Shown here: positions 17,959-27,043 of the stretch, piece after piece
Numbering within the stretch: the first letter of the stretch is position 1
Layout: each line of letters begins with the position of its first letter
Assembly: GCA_036525085.1 (NCBI GenBank)
Contig: DATDBB010000451.1
Coordinates: 1 to 59,318, forward strand
Source: Bosea sp. (in: a-proteobacteria)
GTDB taxonomy: Bacteria; Pseudomonadota; Alphaproteobacteria; Rhizobiales; Beijerinckiaceae
Direction of reading: 5' to 3'
DNA length: 59,318 nucleotides
The notes under the pieces: generated by a model
What the model was told of the DNA's origin: nothing
The model's database searches: none
The model's input: only the letters and a program-made list of their open reading frames with translations
Position numbers and translations under genes: made by a program

Positions 17959-19245
17959 ATGAAACGGAACCGTTCATGGACTTATCTCGCCGGATCGGCC
18001 TATCTGGCCCTATTGCTGTTCGGCGCCAATGCCGCTCAGGCGGCGTCCGAGTATATCGTTCGCGCCGATGACAAGCTCAGGATCAAGATCTTTCAGTATC
18101 CCGAGCTGAGCGGCGAGTACAAAGTTCGCGCGAACGGCACGATTTCGATCGCGCCGGTGGGGGATATCCCGGTCAATGGCCTTTCGGCCAAGGAGATCGC
18201 GAACCAGATTTCCGAGCGTTTCGTGAGTTCGGGCATTTCCGACAAGCCAGGCACCTCGGTCGAGGTTCTCGAAACGCGGCCGGTCTACATACTCGGGGAT
18301 GTCCAGAAGCCCGGCGAGTACCAGTTCCGCCCGGGCATGACCGTGCTGCAGGTGGTCAGCCTGGCCGGCGGCTGGCTGCGGTTCAACGACCCCGGACTGA
18401 TGCGGCTCGATCGCGACAGCATCACCATATCCGGCGACATGCAGAATCTCGTCAAGCGCCACCACCAGCTGACGGCGCGCCGGTCCCGCCTGAACGCCGA
18501 ACTGATGATGAAGAGCGATATCCAGTTTCCGGCCGATCTCGTCATGCGGTCGCAAGGCGATTCCGGGCTGAGGCAATTGCTCGACGAGGAGCGCTCGCTC
18601 TTGAACATTCGCGTCGATGCGCTGAAAACCCAGATCGACAGCCTGGGGCAGAACCGAAAGCTGTATGAGCGCGAGATCGAGATCATCAAGCGTCAGATCC
18701 AGGCCAACAAGGCCCAATCGGCCAGCGTCGAAAGGGAACTGGTGGAGGTCCGGAGTCTGGTCAGGCGCGGCCTGACGACGCTGAGCCGCGTGGCGAACCT
18801 GGAGCGGATGCAGGCCCAGCTCGAGTCGAATGAGCAGGGCTTCCAGATGCTGATCCTGCGCACGCATCAGAACATCACCCAGGCCGATCAGCGGATCTTC
18901 GAGCTGAAGAGCGAGCGCAATGTGACCCTGACCGCCGAGGTGCAGAAGATCCGGATGGATCTCGACGAGATCGGCGTCAAGTTCGACACCAACCGGAGCC
19001 TCCTGGTCGAGGCGCAGGTGACCATCCCGACGCTGGTCGGGAACTCCGACGGTGCGGTCGAAACCCGCAGCCTGGCCGTGGTTCGCGTGGAGAACGGGAA
19101 GGCGCGGACGATCGACGCGGAGGAGCACACCGAACTCCTGCCCGGCGATGTGCTTCGGGTCCAACGCAGCATTCTCCCAGGTACCGTGGGCGTCAGCCTG
19201 CAGGAACAGGGCAATCCGATGAGGCCTGCCAAGGTCAAGCAGTAG
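17959..19245 (+). CDS. Polysaccharide export protein (Wza/ExoF-like, with coiled coil)
   Basis: Signal peptide, DKLRIKIF..PELSGEY.V..NGTIS, RPVYILGDVQKPGEY, LAGG, LLPGDVLRV; alternative ATG 17938 overlaps the previous stop. Confidence 0.9.
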   Translation: MKRNRSWTYLAGSAYLALLLFGANAAQAASEYIVRADDKLRIKIFQYPELSGEYKVRANGTISIAPVGDIPVNGLSAKEIANQISERFVSSGISDKPGTSVEVLETRPVYILGDVQKPGEYQFRPGMTVLQVVSLAGGWLRFNDPGLMRLDRDSITISGDMQNLVKRHHQLTARRSRLNAELMMKSDIQFPADLVMRSQGDSGLRQLLDEERSLLNIRVDALKTQIDSLGQNRKLYEREIEIIKRQIQANKAQSASVERELVEVRSLVRRGLTTLSRVANLERMQAQLESNEQGFQMLILRTHQNITQADQRIFELKSERNVTLTAEVQKIRMDLDEIGVKFDTNRSLLVEAQVTIPTLVGNSDGAVETRSLAVVRVENGKARTIDAEEHTELLPGDVLRVQRSILPGTVGVSLQEQGNPMRPAKVKQ

Positions 19246-19344
19246 CGGCCCCGGCTGCGCGAGTTCCGCAGCCGGAAGCCCAAGCCCGTTTCGCTTGCGA
19301 GTGATGGCTTGTTTCGTCCCGTGGATGTGAGTGGGAGACCGACG

Positions 19345-19953
19345 ATGGCCTTTGGAGACGATGGATCCAGGAGGAAGGACGAAGCCGGCGAGCTGTCCGT
19401 TCAGCAGCAGATGCTGGCCTTCACGCCGCAGTTGCGCGCCTACGCCATGTCTCTCAGCCGAAGCGCGGACAGGGCTGACGATCTCGTGCAGGAGACGATG
19501 CTCCGTGCGATCAGCAAGATCGACACCTTCCAGCCGGGCACGAAACTCGGCGCCTGGCTGACGACGATCCTGCGCAACTGCTATCTCTCCGACCTGCGCC
19601 GGCGGCGCCATGAGGTGGAGGACGTGGACGGTTGCTACTCCGAGTCGTTGCGCGTGGCGCCGGAGCAGGAAGGTCAGATGGAATATCAGGAGTTCTGCGT
19701 AGCCTTGGGGGAAATCCCGTTCGACCAACGCGAGGCGCTGATGCTGGTCGGCGCGGCCGGACTCTCCTATGAGGATACGGCGACGCTGTGCCGGACCACC
19801 ACCGGCACGATCAAGAGTAGAATCAACCGGGCCCGTTCGCGGCTCGCTGCGCTGCTCGGGATCGAGAGCACCAGCGAGATCGGCTACGACAACCAGATTC
19901 GAGCGGCCATGGCCCCCAGCCGGGCCGGTACCTCGACACGGCGGCTTGCCTGA
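19345..19953 (+). CDS. ECF sigma factor, EcfG/ECF15-like
   Basis: PQLRAYAMSL, ADDLVQET, FQPGT.L.AWL.TILRN, QREALMLVGAAGLSYE, GTIKSRINRAR. Confidence 0.9.
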   Translation: MAFGDDGSRRKDEAGELSVQQQMLAFTPQLRAYAMSLSRSADRADDLVQETMLRAISKIDTFQPGTKLGAWLTTILRNCYLSDLRRRRHEVEDVDGCYSESLRVAPEQEGQMEYQEFCVALGEIPFDQREALMLVGAAGLSYEDTATLCRTTTGTIKSRINRARSRLAALLGIESTSEIGYDNQIRAAMAPSRAGTSTRRLA

Positions 19954-20018
19954 ACGCCAGGTCGCTCGAACGCCAAGGCTCGCGGCGTTCGGGCAGAGCC
20001 CGTGCGCGAGCAGGCCTC

Positions 20019-20046
20019 CGTTTAGCCCCCTTCGTTTAGCCCCCTT
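20019..20046. repeat. Exact 14-bp tandem duplication
   Basis: CGTTTAGCCCCCTT twice. Confidence 0.85.
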
Positions 20047-20069
20047 GGCCAAGCGCTCTTGACCAAGGG
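20042..20069. terminator. Hairpin between the convergent sigma and hlyD-like genes
   Basis: CCCTTGGCCAAG-CGCT-CTTGACCAAGGG (one mismatch). Confidence 0.55.
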
Positions 20070-20150
20070 AGGCCGGCATCGGGGCGGATGCGATATTCCG
20101 CCCCCTCGCGATCCGAACGGTCCCGTCCAAGGATAAACGGGAGCGGTCTC

Positions 20151-22163
20151 CTATCGTTCCCGCAGGCTGTCGTGACGATAGCGGGCGAGCGGCGAGAGCA
20201 GATAGCTGATGATCCGCCGGCGGCCGGTCTTGATTTCCGCTGTCACGGCCATGCCGGGCGACAGGCTGACCTGCTTGTCCTCGATCGCCAGTTGCGTGCG
20301 ATCGAGGGCGATGCGCGCGGAGTAGAGCAGTTCCTGGCCGCGAGGCTCGCTGCTGTCGTTCGCTGCACCCGAGGTCTTGTCGCCGCCGCCGGGGCCCTTG
20401 TCACGCGCGATCGCATCCTGTGAAATGCTCAGGATGTTGCCTTGCAGCAGGCCGTAGCGCGTGAAATTGAAGGTGTCGATCTTGATCGCGGCCTCCTGGC
20501 CGGCGCTGACGAAGCCGATGTCGCGGTTCGAGACCATCGCCTCGATTTCAAGCCGGCTCTCTGCCGGAACGACGAACATCAGCGTCTGCGCGGGGGTGAC
20601 GACGCCGCCGATCGTGTGAACGGCGAGCTGCTGGACCATGCCGTCGACCGGTGCCGTCAGCCTCTGCAGGCTCTTGCGTTGCTCGGCCTTGACGATGTCT
20701 CGCTTGAGGCCGGCCGCCTTCTGCTGGGCCTTGGTCAGGTCGTCGAACAGGGCGCGTTCGTATTCGGCCTCGGTCTTCGTCCGCGTTTCCGTCAGGGCGG
20801 CGACCGCAGCGTTCGTTTCCGAGCCGCGCTTCTCCTGAACGAGGATATCCTGGCGCTGGCCGACGAGGTCCTGCAATTCGGTCAGATAGGTGACCTTCGA
20901 CCCGAGCTCCTTCTGAAAGAGGTGCTCGCGGATTTCGACCCGCTGCTGGAGCGGCACGATGGTCGATTTCAGCTTGTCGACGGAGGCCTGGATCGTGTCC
21001 CGTTCTGCCCCCTTCTGCGCGAGTTGGCCATCGATGGCGGCGAGCTTGGCCTTCTGCTCGCTGTTCTGGCTGACGAGGAAGCCGCGGTAGATCTGCACCA
21101 GATCGGAGGGGGCATCCTCGGGCGGGGCAAATGCCGAAATGGGGTTGGCCTTGTCGGCGATCGCCGCCTGAAGCCTCGCGATGTCCAGGCGCGCGGCCAT
21201 CAGATCACTCTGGATGTGCCCGAGCTCCGCATCGACGCTCGTCGTATCGAGGTCGATCAGCACGTCGCCGGCCTTGACGCTCTGGCCGTCGCGAACCTGA
21301 ATCGCACGGACGACTCCGGTCTCGAAGGGCTGGATCATCTTGGTGCGGCCGCTCGGAACGATCTTGCCGGGCGCAATGGCGACGATGTCGACCGTGCCGA
21401 TACAGGCCCAGATCAGGGCGGCGGCGAAGATCGCGATGATGCTCAGGCCGATGGTGCGCCCCAATGGCGAAGGTGGCGTTTCCACGATTTCGAGCGCGGC
21501 CGGGAGGAATGCGAGTTCCTCGGTGCGCCGGCGATTGTCATCGGTGGCTCGCGCGATGATGGCCTGCTGAAGGGCCTGCGAGCGCGTGGCGAGGCTCGTC
21601 ATGGCGGCGCGGGTGTTGCGCGCGCCCCATTGCGTCGTGATCGCCAGAGCCTGGCGCGCCTGTATCGCCACGGCCTTGTCGCGGCGCGGCGTGGGCTCGG
21701 CTGCCGCCTCGGCCTGCCGCAGCAGGACAAGCTGTCCACTCCATTGGGCTTCGAATTCGGTCCGCGTCATCACGGCGGGCTGCATGACGCTGGCCGCCAC
21801 GACGACCGCCTTCTCGTGATGGACCTTTCCGAGCAGGAGGAATTCCCCTTCCTGAAGAACCGCGATGCAGGGCAGGGCGAGATCGGCGAGTTCGTCCCAG
21901 GTCGCCGAGAGCTCCTCGCCCGCGAAGCCATGAGCCTGCGCCGCGCGCAGGATATCGGCCACGCCGACGGCGCCATCGCCGATGTGCTGGCCGAGATCTT
22001 CCTTCGTGACGACGGTGCCGCGCAGGCGCAGCAACATCTGCAGGGCAAGAAGCCCCGACTGATCGTTCGTAAGCGTGTGCATGGTTTCTGGTTCGCCGCG
22101 TTCTTCGCCCTCGGAGGACGAGTTCAGCACATCGGTTCTCGGTGCGGTGGAAGGAACGTTCAT
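20151..22163 (-). CDS. HlyD-family type I secretion adaptor with N-terminal C39-like domain
   Basis: FLPAALEIVETPPSP, APVDG.VQQLAVHTIGGVV, RYG, SPGMAVTAEIKTG.RR.ISYLLSP; N-terminus SGLLAL...LPCIAVLQEGEFLLL...EAQWSGQLVLL; ATGA overlap with the hlyB-like stop. Confidence 0.92.
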   Translation of the reverse strand: MNVPSTAPRTDVLNSSSEGEERGEPETMHTLTNDQSGLLALQMLLRLRGTVVTKEDLGQHIGDGAVGVADILRAAQAHGFAGEELSATWDELADLALPCIAVLQEGEFLLLGKVHHEKAVVVAASVMQPAVMTRTEFEAQWSGQLVLLRQAEAAAEPTPRRDKAVAIQARQALAITTQWGARNTRAAMTSLATRSQALQQAIIARATDDNRRRTEELAFLPAALEIVETPPSPLGRTIGLSIIAIFAAALIWACIGTVDIVAIAPGKIVPSGRTKMIQPFETGVVRAIQVRDGQSVKAGDVLIDLDTTSVDAELGHIQSDLMAARLDIARLQAAIADKANPISAFAPPEDAPSDLVQIYRGFLVSQNSEQKAKLAAIDGQLAQKGAERDTIQASVDKLKSTIVPLQQRVEIREHLFQKELGSKVTYLTELQDLVGQRQDILVQEKRGSETNAAVAALTETRTKTEAEYERALFDDLTKAQQKAAGLKRDIVKAEQRKSLQRLTAPVDGMVQQLAVHTIGGVVTPAQTLMFVVPAESRLEIEAMVSNRDIGFVSAGQEAAIKIDTFNFTRYGLLQGNILSISQDAIARDKGPGGGDKTSGAANDSSEPRGQELLYSARIALDRTQLAIEDKQVSLSPGMAVTAEIKTGRRRIISYLLSPLARYRHDSLRER

Positions 22164-24382
22164 CCGACGATCTCTCGATGACGCTCGTGGTTGGGGGCCG
22201 AAGACGCCCGTGCCGACGGGGTGGCCGCGGCTTGCGCGCTTCGGGGTTCGGGCAAGCCGGACTGGAGGCGATGCAGCGTGGCGTATCGGCCGCCGGTCCG
22301 GACCAATTGCTCATGCGTGCCGTCTTCGATCAGGCGGCCGCCCTCGATGGTAACGATGCGATCGGCCATCCTGAGCGTCGAGAGACGGTGTGCGATGATG
22401 AGCACCGTCCGGGAGCGAGCGATCTCCGCCATGTTCTGCTGGATGATGTGCTCGCTCTCGTAGTCGAGTGCGCTCGTGGCCTCGTCGAAGATCAGGATGC
22501 GCGGATCGGTCACCAGGGCGCGGGCGATGGCGATGCGTTGCCGCTGGCCGCCCGACAGGCTGCCGCCGCGCTCGCCGACGATCGTGTCGTAGCCCTCCGG
22601 CAGCTTCAGGATGAAGTCGTGCGCCCCGGCCAGTCTGGCGGCCTCGATCACGCGTTCCGCCGGAAGCGCAGGGTCGGCCAGGGCGATGTTGTCGCGGACC
22701 GAGCGGTTGAACAGGACGTTGTCCTGGAGAACCACGCCGATCTGGCGGCGCAGCCAGGATGGGTCGATCTGGGCGATATCGACCCCGTCGACCAGGACAC
22801 GGCCGCGCTCGGGCACATAAAGCCGCTGGGCGAGCTTGGCGAGCGTGCTCTTGCCGGAACCGGACGGACCCACGATCCCGATCATCTGCCCGGATGGGAT
22901 GTCCAGACTGACGTTTTGGAGGATCTCAGGGCCGTCGATGCGGTAACGGAACGTGACGTCCTCGAAGGTGATGTCGCCACGGATCGAGGGAAGTGCCGTC
23001 CGGCTGGGGCTGTAGGCAGGCTCGGGCGCGGTGTTGAGGATGTCGCCGAGCCGGGCGACCGACAGCCGCGCCTGATGGAAATCCTGCCAGATCTGCGCCA
23101 GGCGCAGGACGGGGCCGCTGACGCGGCCGGCAAGCAGGTTGAAGGCGACGAGTTCGCCGACCGAGAGGTCGCCGGCGATGACCAGCTTCGCGCCGACATA
23201 GAGGATCGAAGCGGTCACCAGCTTGCTGACGAACTGCACGGCCTGGCTGGCGATGTTGCCGAGATTCAGCACCCGGAAGCTCGCCGCGACATAGGCGGCC
23301 AGCTGCTCCTCCCAGCGCTGCTGCATTTGGGGCTCGATCGCCATGGCCTTGAGCGTTTCGACCGCGGTCACGCTCTCGACCAGAAAGGCCTGATTTTCCG
23401 CCCCACGGGCGAATTTGTCGTCGAGATACCTACGAAACAGAGGCGTCACGCCGGCCGAGATCGCGATGTAGACGGGCAGCGACGCCAGCACGATCCATGT
23501 CAGCAGTGGCGAATAGAAGAACAGCGCGGCGACGAAGACGAGCGTGAAGAACAGGTCGATGACGAGCGTCAGGCCCGAGCTGGTCAGGAAGTTGCGGATG
23601 TTCTCGAGCTCGCGCACGCGGGCGACGGAATCGCCGACGCGCCTTGCCTGGAAATAGCCGATCGGCAGTGCCAGCAGATGACGGAACAGGCGCGCGCCCA
23701 GCTCGACGTCGATCCGGTTCGTCGTGTGCGAGAACAGATGGGTTCGCAGCGCCCCGAGCACGACTTCGAACAGGGCGATCGCCACGAGCCCGATCGCGAG
23801 CACGTCCAGCGTGCTCAGGCTGCGATGCACGAGCACCTTGTCGATGACGACCTGGAAGAAGAGCGGCGAGATCAGGCCGAAAAGCTGGAGGAAGAAGGAC
23901 GCCACCAGAACTTCGCCCAGGAGGAAGCGATATTTATGGATCGCGCCCATGAACCAGGTGATGTCGAAACGGCGCGCGAGGTCCGTCAGGGCCGCCCGCT
24001 TCGTCATCAGGACGAGCCGGCCGTCCCAGGCCGCTTCCAGCTCGGCGCGCGATATCATATGCGGCCGCGGAGCGTTCGGCTCCAGGACGAGGATGCTGTC
24101 GTCGCCGCAGCGTCCCAGCAGCAGAAAGCTTCCGTCGCGCATCGCGGCGATCGCCGGCAGCGGCGTCTTGGCCAGCCGCTCCCAGTTCGTCGTGATGGAA
24201 CGGGCCTTGAGACCGAGGTTCTTGGCGCACCGGACCATTTCCGTGACGCCGATGGGGCGACCGGGGAACTGATGCTGGATCTGCTCCGGCGTCACGCTGA
24301 CGCCCTGGCTGCTCAGGATGAACATGAGCGCGGCCAAACCGCCATCGGGCAGTGGTCGGGTATCGTTGTCAGGTTTTTTCAA
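22160..24382 (-). CDS. HlyB-family type I secretion ABC transporter with inactive C39-like domain
   Basis: DGGLAAL (no catalytic Cys), TM domain, GPSGSGKST, LSGGQRQR, ILIFDEATSALD; TTG start. Confidence 0.95.
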   Translation of the reverse strand: MKKPDNDTRPLPDGGLAALMFILSSQGVSVTPEQIQHQFPGRPIGVTEMVRCAKNLGLKARSITTNWERLAKTPLPAIAAMRDGSFLLLGRCGDDSILVLEPNAPRPHMISRAELEAAWDGRLVLMTKRAALTDLARRFDITWFMGAIHKYRFLLGEVLVASFFLQLFGLISPLFFQVVIDKVLVHRSLSTLDVLAIGLVAIALFEVVLGALRTHLFSHTTNRIDVELGARLFRHLLALPIGYFQARRVGDSVARVRELENIRNFLTSSGLTLVIDLFFTLVFVAALFFYSPLLTWIVLASLPVYIAISAGVTPLFRRYLDDKFARGAENQAFLVESVTAVETLKAMAIEPQMQQRWEEQLAAYVAASFRVLNLGNIASQAVQFVSKLVTASILYVGAKLVIAGDLSVGELVAFNLLAGRVSGPVLRLAQIWQDFHQARLSVARLGDILNTAPEPAYSPSRTALPSIRGDITFEDVTFRYRIDGPEILQNVSLDIPSGQMIGIVGPSGSGKSTLAKLAQRLYVPERGRVLVDGVDIAQIDPSWLRRQIGVVLQDNVLFNRSVRDNIALADPALPAERVIEAARLAGAHDFILKLPEGYDTIVGERGGSLSGGQRQRIAIARALVTDPRILIFDEATSALDYESEHIIQQNMAEIARSRTVLIIAHRLSTLRMADRIVTIEGGRLIEDGTHEQLVRTGGRYATLHRLQSGLPEPRSAQAAATPSARASSAPNHERHREIVG

Positions 24383-24651
24383 CAGCTGCTGTCCCGCAGA
24401 TATGTCGCTGCATGCGCGCGGGAATTGTCCACGCGCAGGCCACGACGAGCGTCGAACGCTCCGGTATCGCTGAAACGAAGACGCGAGATTTTCTGTGTTT
24501 GCTTACTGGGATCGCCATGCGCCCGACTGGACGCATGGCGATCTTTGTCATTGCCGGCTCGTCGCACCCCTGCCGAATGGTGGCTTCCACCTTCGGCTCG
24601 ATGCGCGGGAACCGGCTCCGATCAGGCAAGGCGACCTGATCGGCGTATGCG

Positions 24652-26661
24652 TCAGGCCTGTGGCTTCGCCAGCGTCAGGGTGGAGCTATCTCCCCAACCC
24701 AGCGTCTGAGTCCCGGTCGAGGTCGCCGCTGGCGCGGCGAAACTCGAGGCCGAGTACTGGCTCAGCAAAGCAAGCCTCGGCGACACCGATGCGTCGGACG
24801 CTGCGGAGGTGGCGCCCTGGTCCGAGCTACCGGAAAAGCCCAGCGTCCGGTTGCCGCTGAACCAGTTGTTCCATCCGGTCCGAGACGTCGAGGAGTCCGT
24901 GCTCGTGGAGGTGTCCGTCGTGGACGTGCCCGTCGCGGGAGCCGCAAGATCGCTCTCGGTCGAGGAGAAGCTCGCGGTCCGTCGATAGGACGACGAGGTT
25001 CGTACGGCCAGCGTTCCAGCGGGCTGGCGCGGCGCGCCGGACAGGCTGACGGCATTGCCGGACTGATCCGTGACGCCGCCCAGATTGAACCGGGAAACCG
25101 CCAGGTCGGACGCCCTGTCGCTGGCGCCCACCTTGTAGTCGAACTGCAAGGTGTTGGTGCCGGCGCCGCCGACATATTTGGCGGTGCCATTGCTGTTCAG
25201 CGACAAGGTCGGCGTGCCGTTGACCGTCATCGCCTCGTTGAAGTTGACCGACAGCCGGACGGTGTCGCCGGCGCGAACGGTGCCGGTCCCGTTGCTGAGG
25301 CGGGATCCGTTGGCGGCGATCCACTGGACGCTGGGCCTCGTGGCATCGCCGGACGGAGCCGCCGCGGTATCGACGGTCAGCGTCCCGGCGGGCTGGTGCG
25401 GAGCGCCGGACAGGTTGGCGACATTGCCCGCCTGATCCTTCACCCCCGACAGATTGAACCCCCTGATCTCGAGGTCGGCCGCCTTCTCGCCGGCCGCCAC
25501 CGTGTAGTCGAACTGCAGGACGTCGGTGCCAGCGCCGCTGACATATTTGGCGGTGCCATTGCTGTTCATCGCCAGGGTCGGCGTGCCGGTGACGTTCACC
25601 GCCTCGCTGAACTTGAGCGAGAGACGCACGGTGTCGCCGGCATCGACGGTGCCGGTGCCGTTGGTGACGCCCGGCCCGTTGGCGGCGACCCATTGCAAGG
25701 TCGGCGCGGTCGTATCGCCCGCGGGCACAGCGGGGGCGACCGGAGCGGTCGGCGTCGTCGGGTTCGTCGGCGTTGTGGGAGTCGTCGGCGACGTCGGAGG
25801 CAGATTGCCCGTCGAGCCCCCGGTTGAGCCTCCCGTGCCGTTGTTGGTCACACCCTGAAGCAACGGCGTGATCTTGCCCATGTCGTGCCACAACGCTTCC
25901 ATCGTGGCGGCGTCGAAGGAGTTGGACTGTGCGCGGATGTTGGTGGTGCCGTCGGCGACGTCGACCACATAGGCGCCGTATTGCTGCATCGCCTTGAAGA
26001 CTTGCTGGCCGAGCTCGGTAAGCCCTTCGGGCATGGGCGTGCCCGGTGCAATCGCCAGGAGCTGTCCTTCCTTGACGATGCCCGACGCGCTGCCGCCATC
26101 GCTGGAGATGGCCTGGCCGGTCGTGCCGGGCAGGACGAGGTGGCGGTCGACCACGAGTTGCAAGGCATGATCGATGTCGCCATCGTTCGTCTCGTCCTTG
26201 ACGAGCAGACCGCCCAACTGGCTCGCGCCGACAGCCGTGATGCCCGCGCTGAGGAAGGGCGACTTGCTGCCCCATCCGTCGCCGGTGACGGCGTTCTCGG
26301 CTCCGAACGAAACGGCCGTCGCGGTGGTGTTGCTGGTCCGTTTGAACTGCCAGAAGTTATAGGCGACATCGCCGTCGATGATGATCAGCTCGCCATCCGT
26401 GCCCGCGGCGCCGTTCGCCGCCGCCGGCATGCGAACGCTGACAGTGCCGCCGGGATAGCCCCATCCTTCGGGGTAGGTGACCTGAACGATCGGGTCGGAA
26501 GAAGAAGCTACGTAAACCGCAGGGGAGTATCTGTCCCACGAAACGCTATAATTGTAGCCAGTTGGGGTGGGCCATCCGAGTTTTGTGAAGGTTGCTGTGT
26601 CAGATACTGGTGTATTCCAACTCGATGAGTCGGCGAAGGGCCGATTTTCAAGTGAAACCAT
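24652..26661 (-). CDS. Probable type I secretion passenger: unknown N-terminal domain, Pro/Thr linker, two Ig-like repeats, Ser/Thr tail
   Basis: No signal peptide, no Cys, G/T/S/N-rich; directly upstream of hlyB/hlyD-like genes on the same strand; C-terminal LALLSQYSASSF motif. Confidence 0.8.
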   Translation of the reverse strand: MVSLENRPFADSSSWNTPVSDTATFTKLGWPTPTGYNYSVSWDRYSPAVYVASSSDPIVQVTYPEGWGYPGGTVSVRMPAAANGAAGTDGELIIIDGDVAYNFWQFKRTSNTTATAVSFGAENAVTGDGWGSKSPFLSAGITAVGASQLGGLLVKDETNDGDIDHALQLVVDRHLVLPGTTGQAISSDGGSASGIVKEGQLLAIAPGTPMPEGLTELGQQVFKAMQQYGAYVVDVADGTTNIRAQSNSFDAATMEALWHDMGKITPLLQGVTNNGTGGSTGGSTGNLPPTSPTTPTTPTNPTTPTAPVAPAVPAGDTTAPTLQWVAANGPGVTNGTGTVDAGDTVRLSLKFSEAVNVTGTPTLAMNSNGTAKYVSGAGTDVLQFDYTVAAGEKAADLEIRGFNLSGVKDQAGNVANLSGAPHQPAGTLTVDTAAAPSGDATRPSVQWIAANGSRLSNGTGTVRAGDTVRLSVNFNEAMTVNGTPTLSLNSNGTAKYVGGAGTNTLQFDYKVGASDRASDLAVSRFNLGGVTDQSGNAVSLSGAPRQPAGTLAVRTSSSYRRTASFSSTESDLAAPATGTSTTDTSTSTDSSTSRTGWNNWFSGNRTLGFSGSSDQGATSAASDASVSPRLALLSQYSASSFAAPAATSTGTQTLGWGDSSTLTLAKPQA
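25000..25716 (-). repeat. Two 348-bp (116 aa) domain repeats at 25369-25716 and 25000-25347
   Basis: DTTAPTLQWVAANG...FSEAVNVTGTPTLAMNSNGTAKYVSGAGTDVLQFDYTV versus DATRPSVQWIAANG...FNEAMTVNGTPTLSLNSNGTAKYVGGAGTNTLQFDYKV. Confidence 0.92.
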
Positions 26662-26887
26662 TGGTCCTGTTTTCCTTATTTATCCACGGAAATAGGCGGG
26701 TAGCAGGAAGCCATAGGCCGGATGGACGCTGCCGCTTTGTGAGGACACGTGACGATTACGCACGTAATGACGCGAGATTTACGATCGGATGACCTGAGAT
26801 CGTCATCTCGAACAGCAACGCGAATCTCATCCGCAACCGACCGTGGCCGGGCATCGTGTTTAGAATGTGATGCCAAAATGGAAATGT

Positions 26888-26906
26888 TTAGGCGAAAATT
26901 AACCAT
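26888..26906. promoter_or_regulatory. CtrA-like binding site upstream of the secreted-protein gene
   Basis: TTAG-GCGAAAA-TTAACCAT; one mismatch to TTAA-N7-TTAAC, in an AT-rich intergenic region. Confidence 0.5.
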
Positions 26907-27043
26907 AAATGGCGCTATCGCCGGCCGGTGGCGCGCTCGCGAGCGGTAGAAGGTCGGTTTGGACCGACGAGGTGAGGACGCCGATCCAACTGTGCCAAAA
27001 GAGCTTATTCAGGCCCGTCCGGCTTTCACGCATAGTGGCCTGC

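Noticed and set aside
22160-24382. Bacteriocin/peptide-processing ABC transporter
   Set aside because: The C39 domain lacks the catalytic Cys (DGGLAAL) and no double-glycine precursor ORF is nearby; it fits HlyB-type protein export
25000-25716. RTX toxin repeats
   Set aside because: SGAGTDVLQ and GGAGTNTLQ occur once per 116-aa domain as part of the repeat, not as a tandem nonapeptide array
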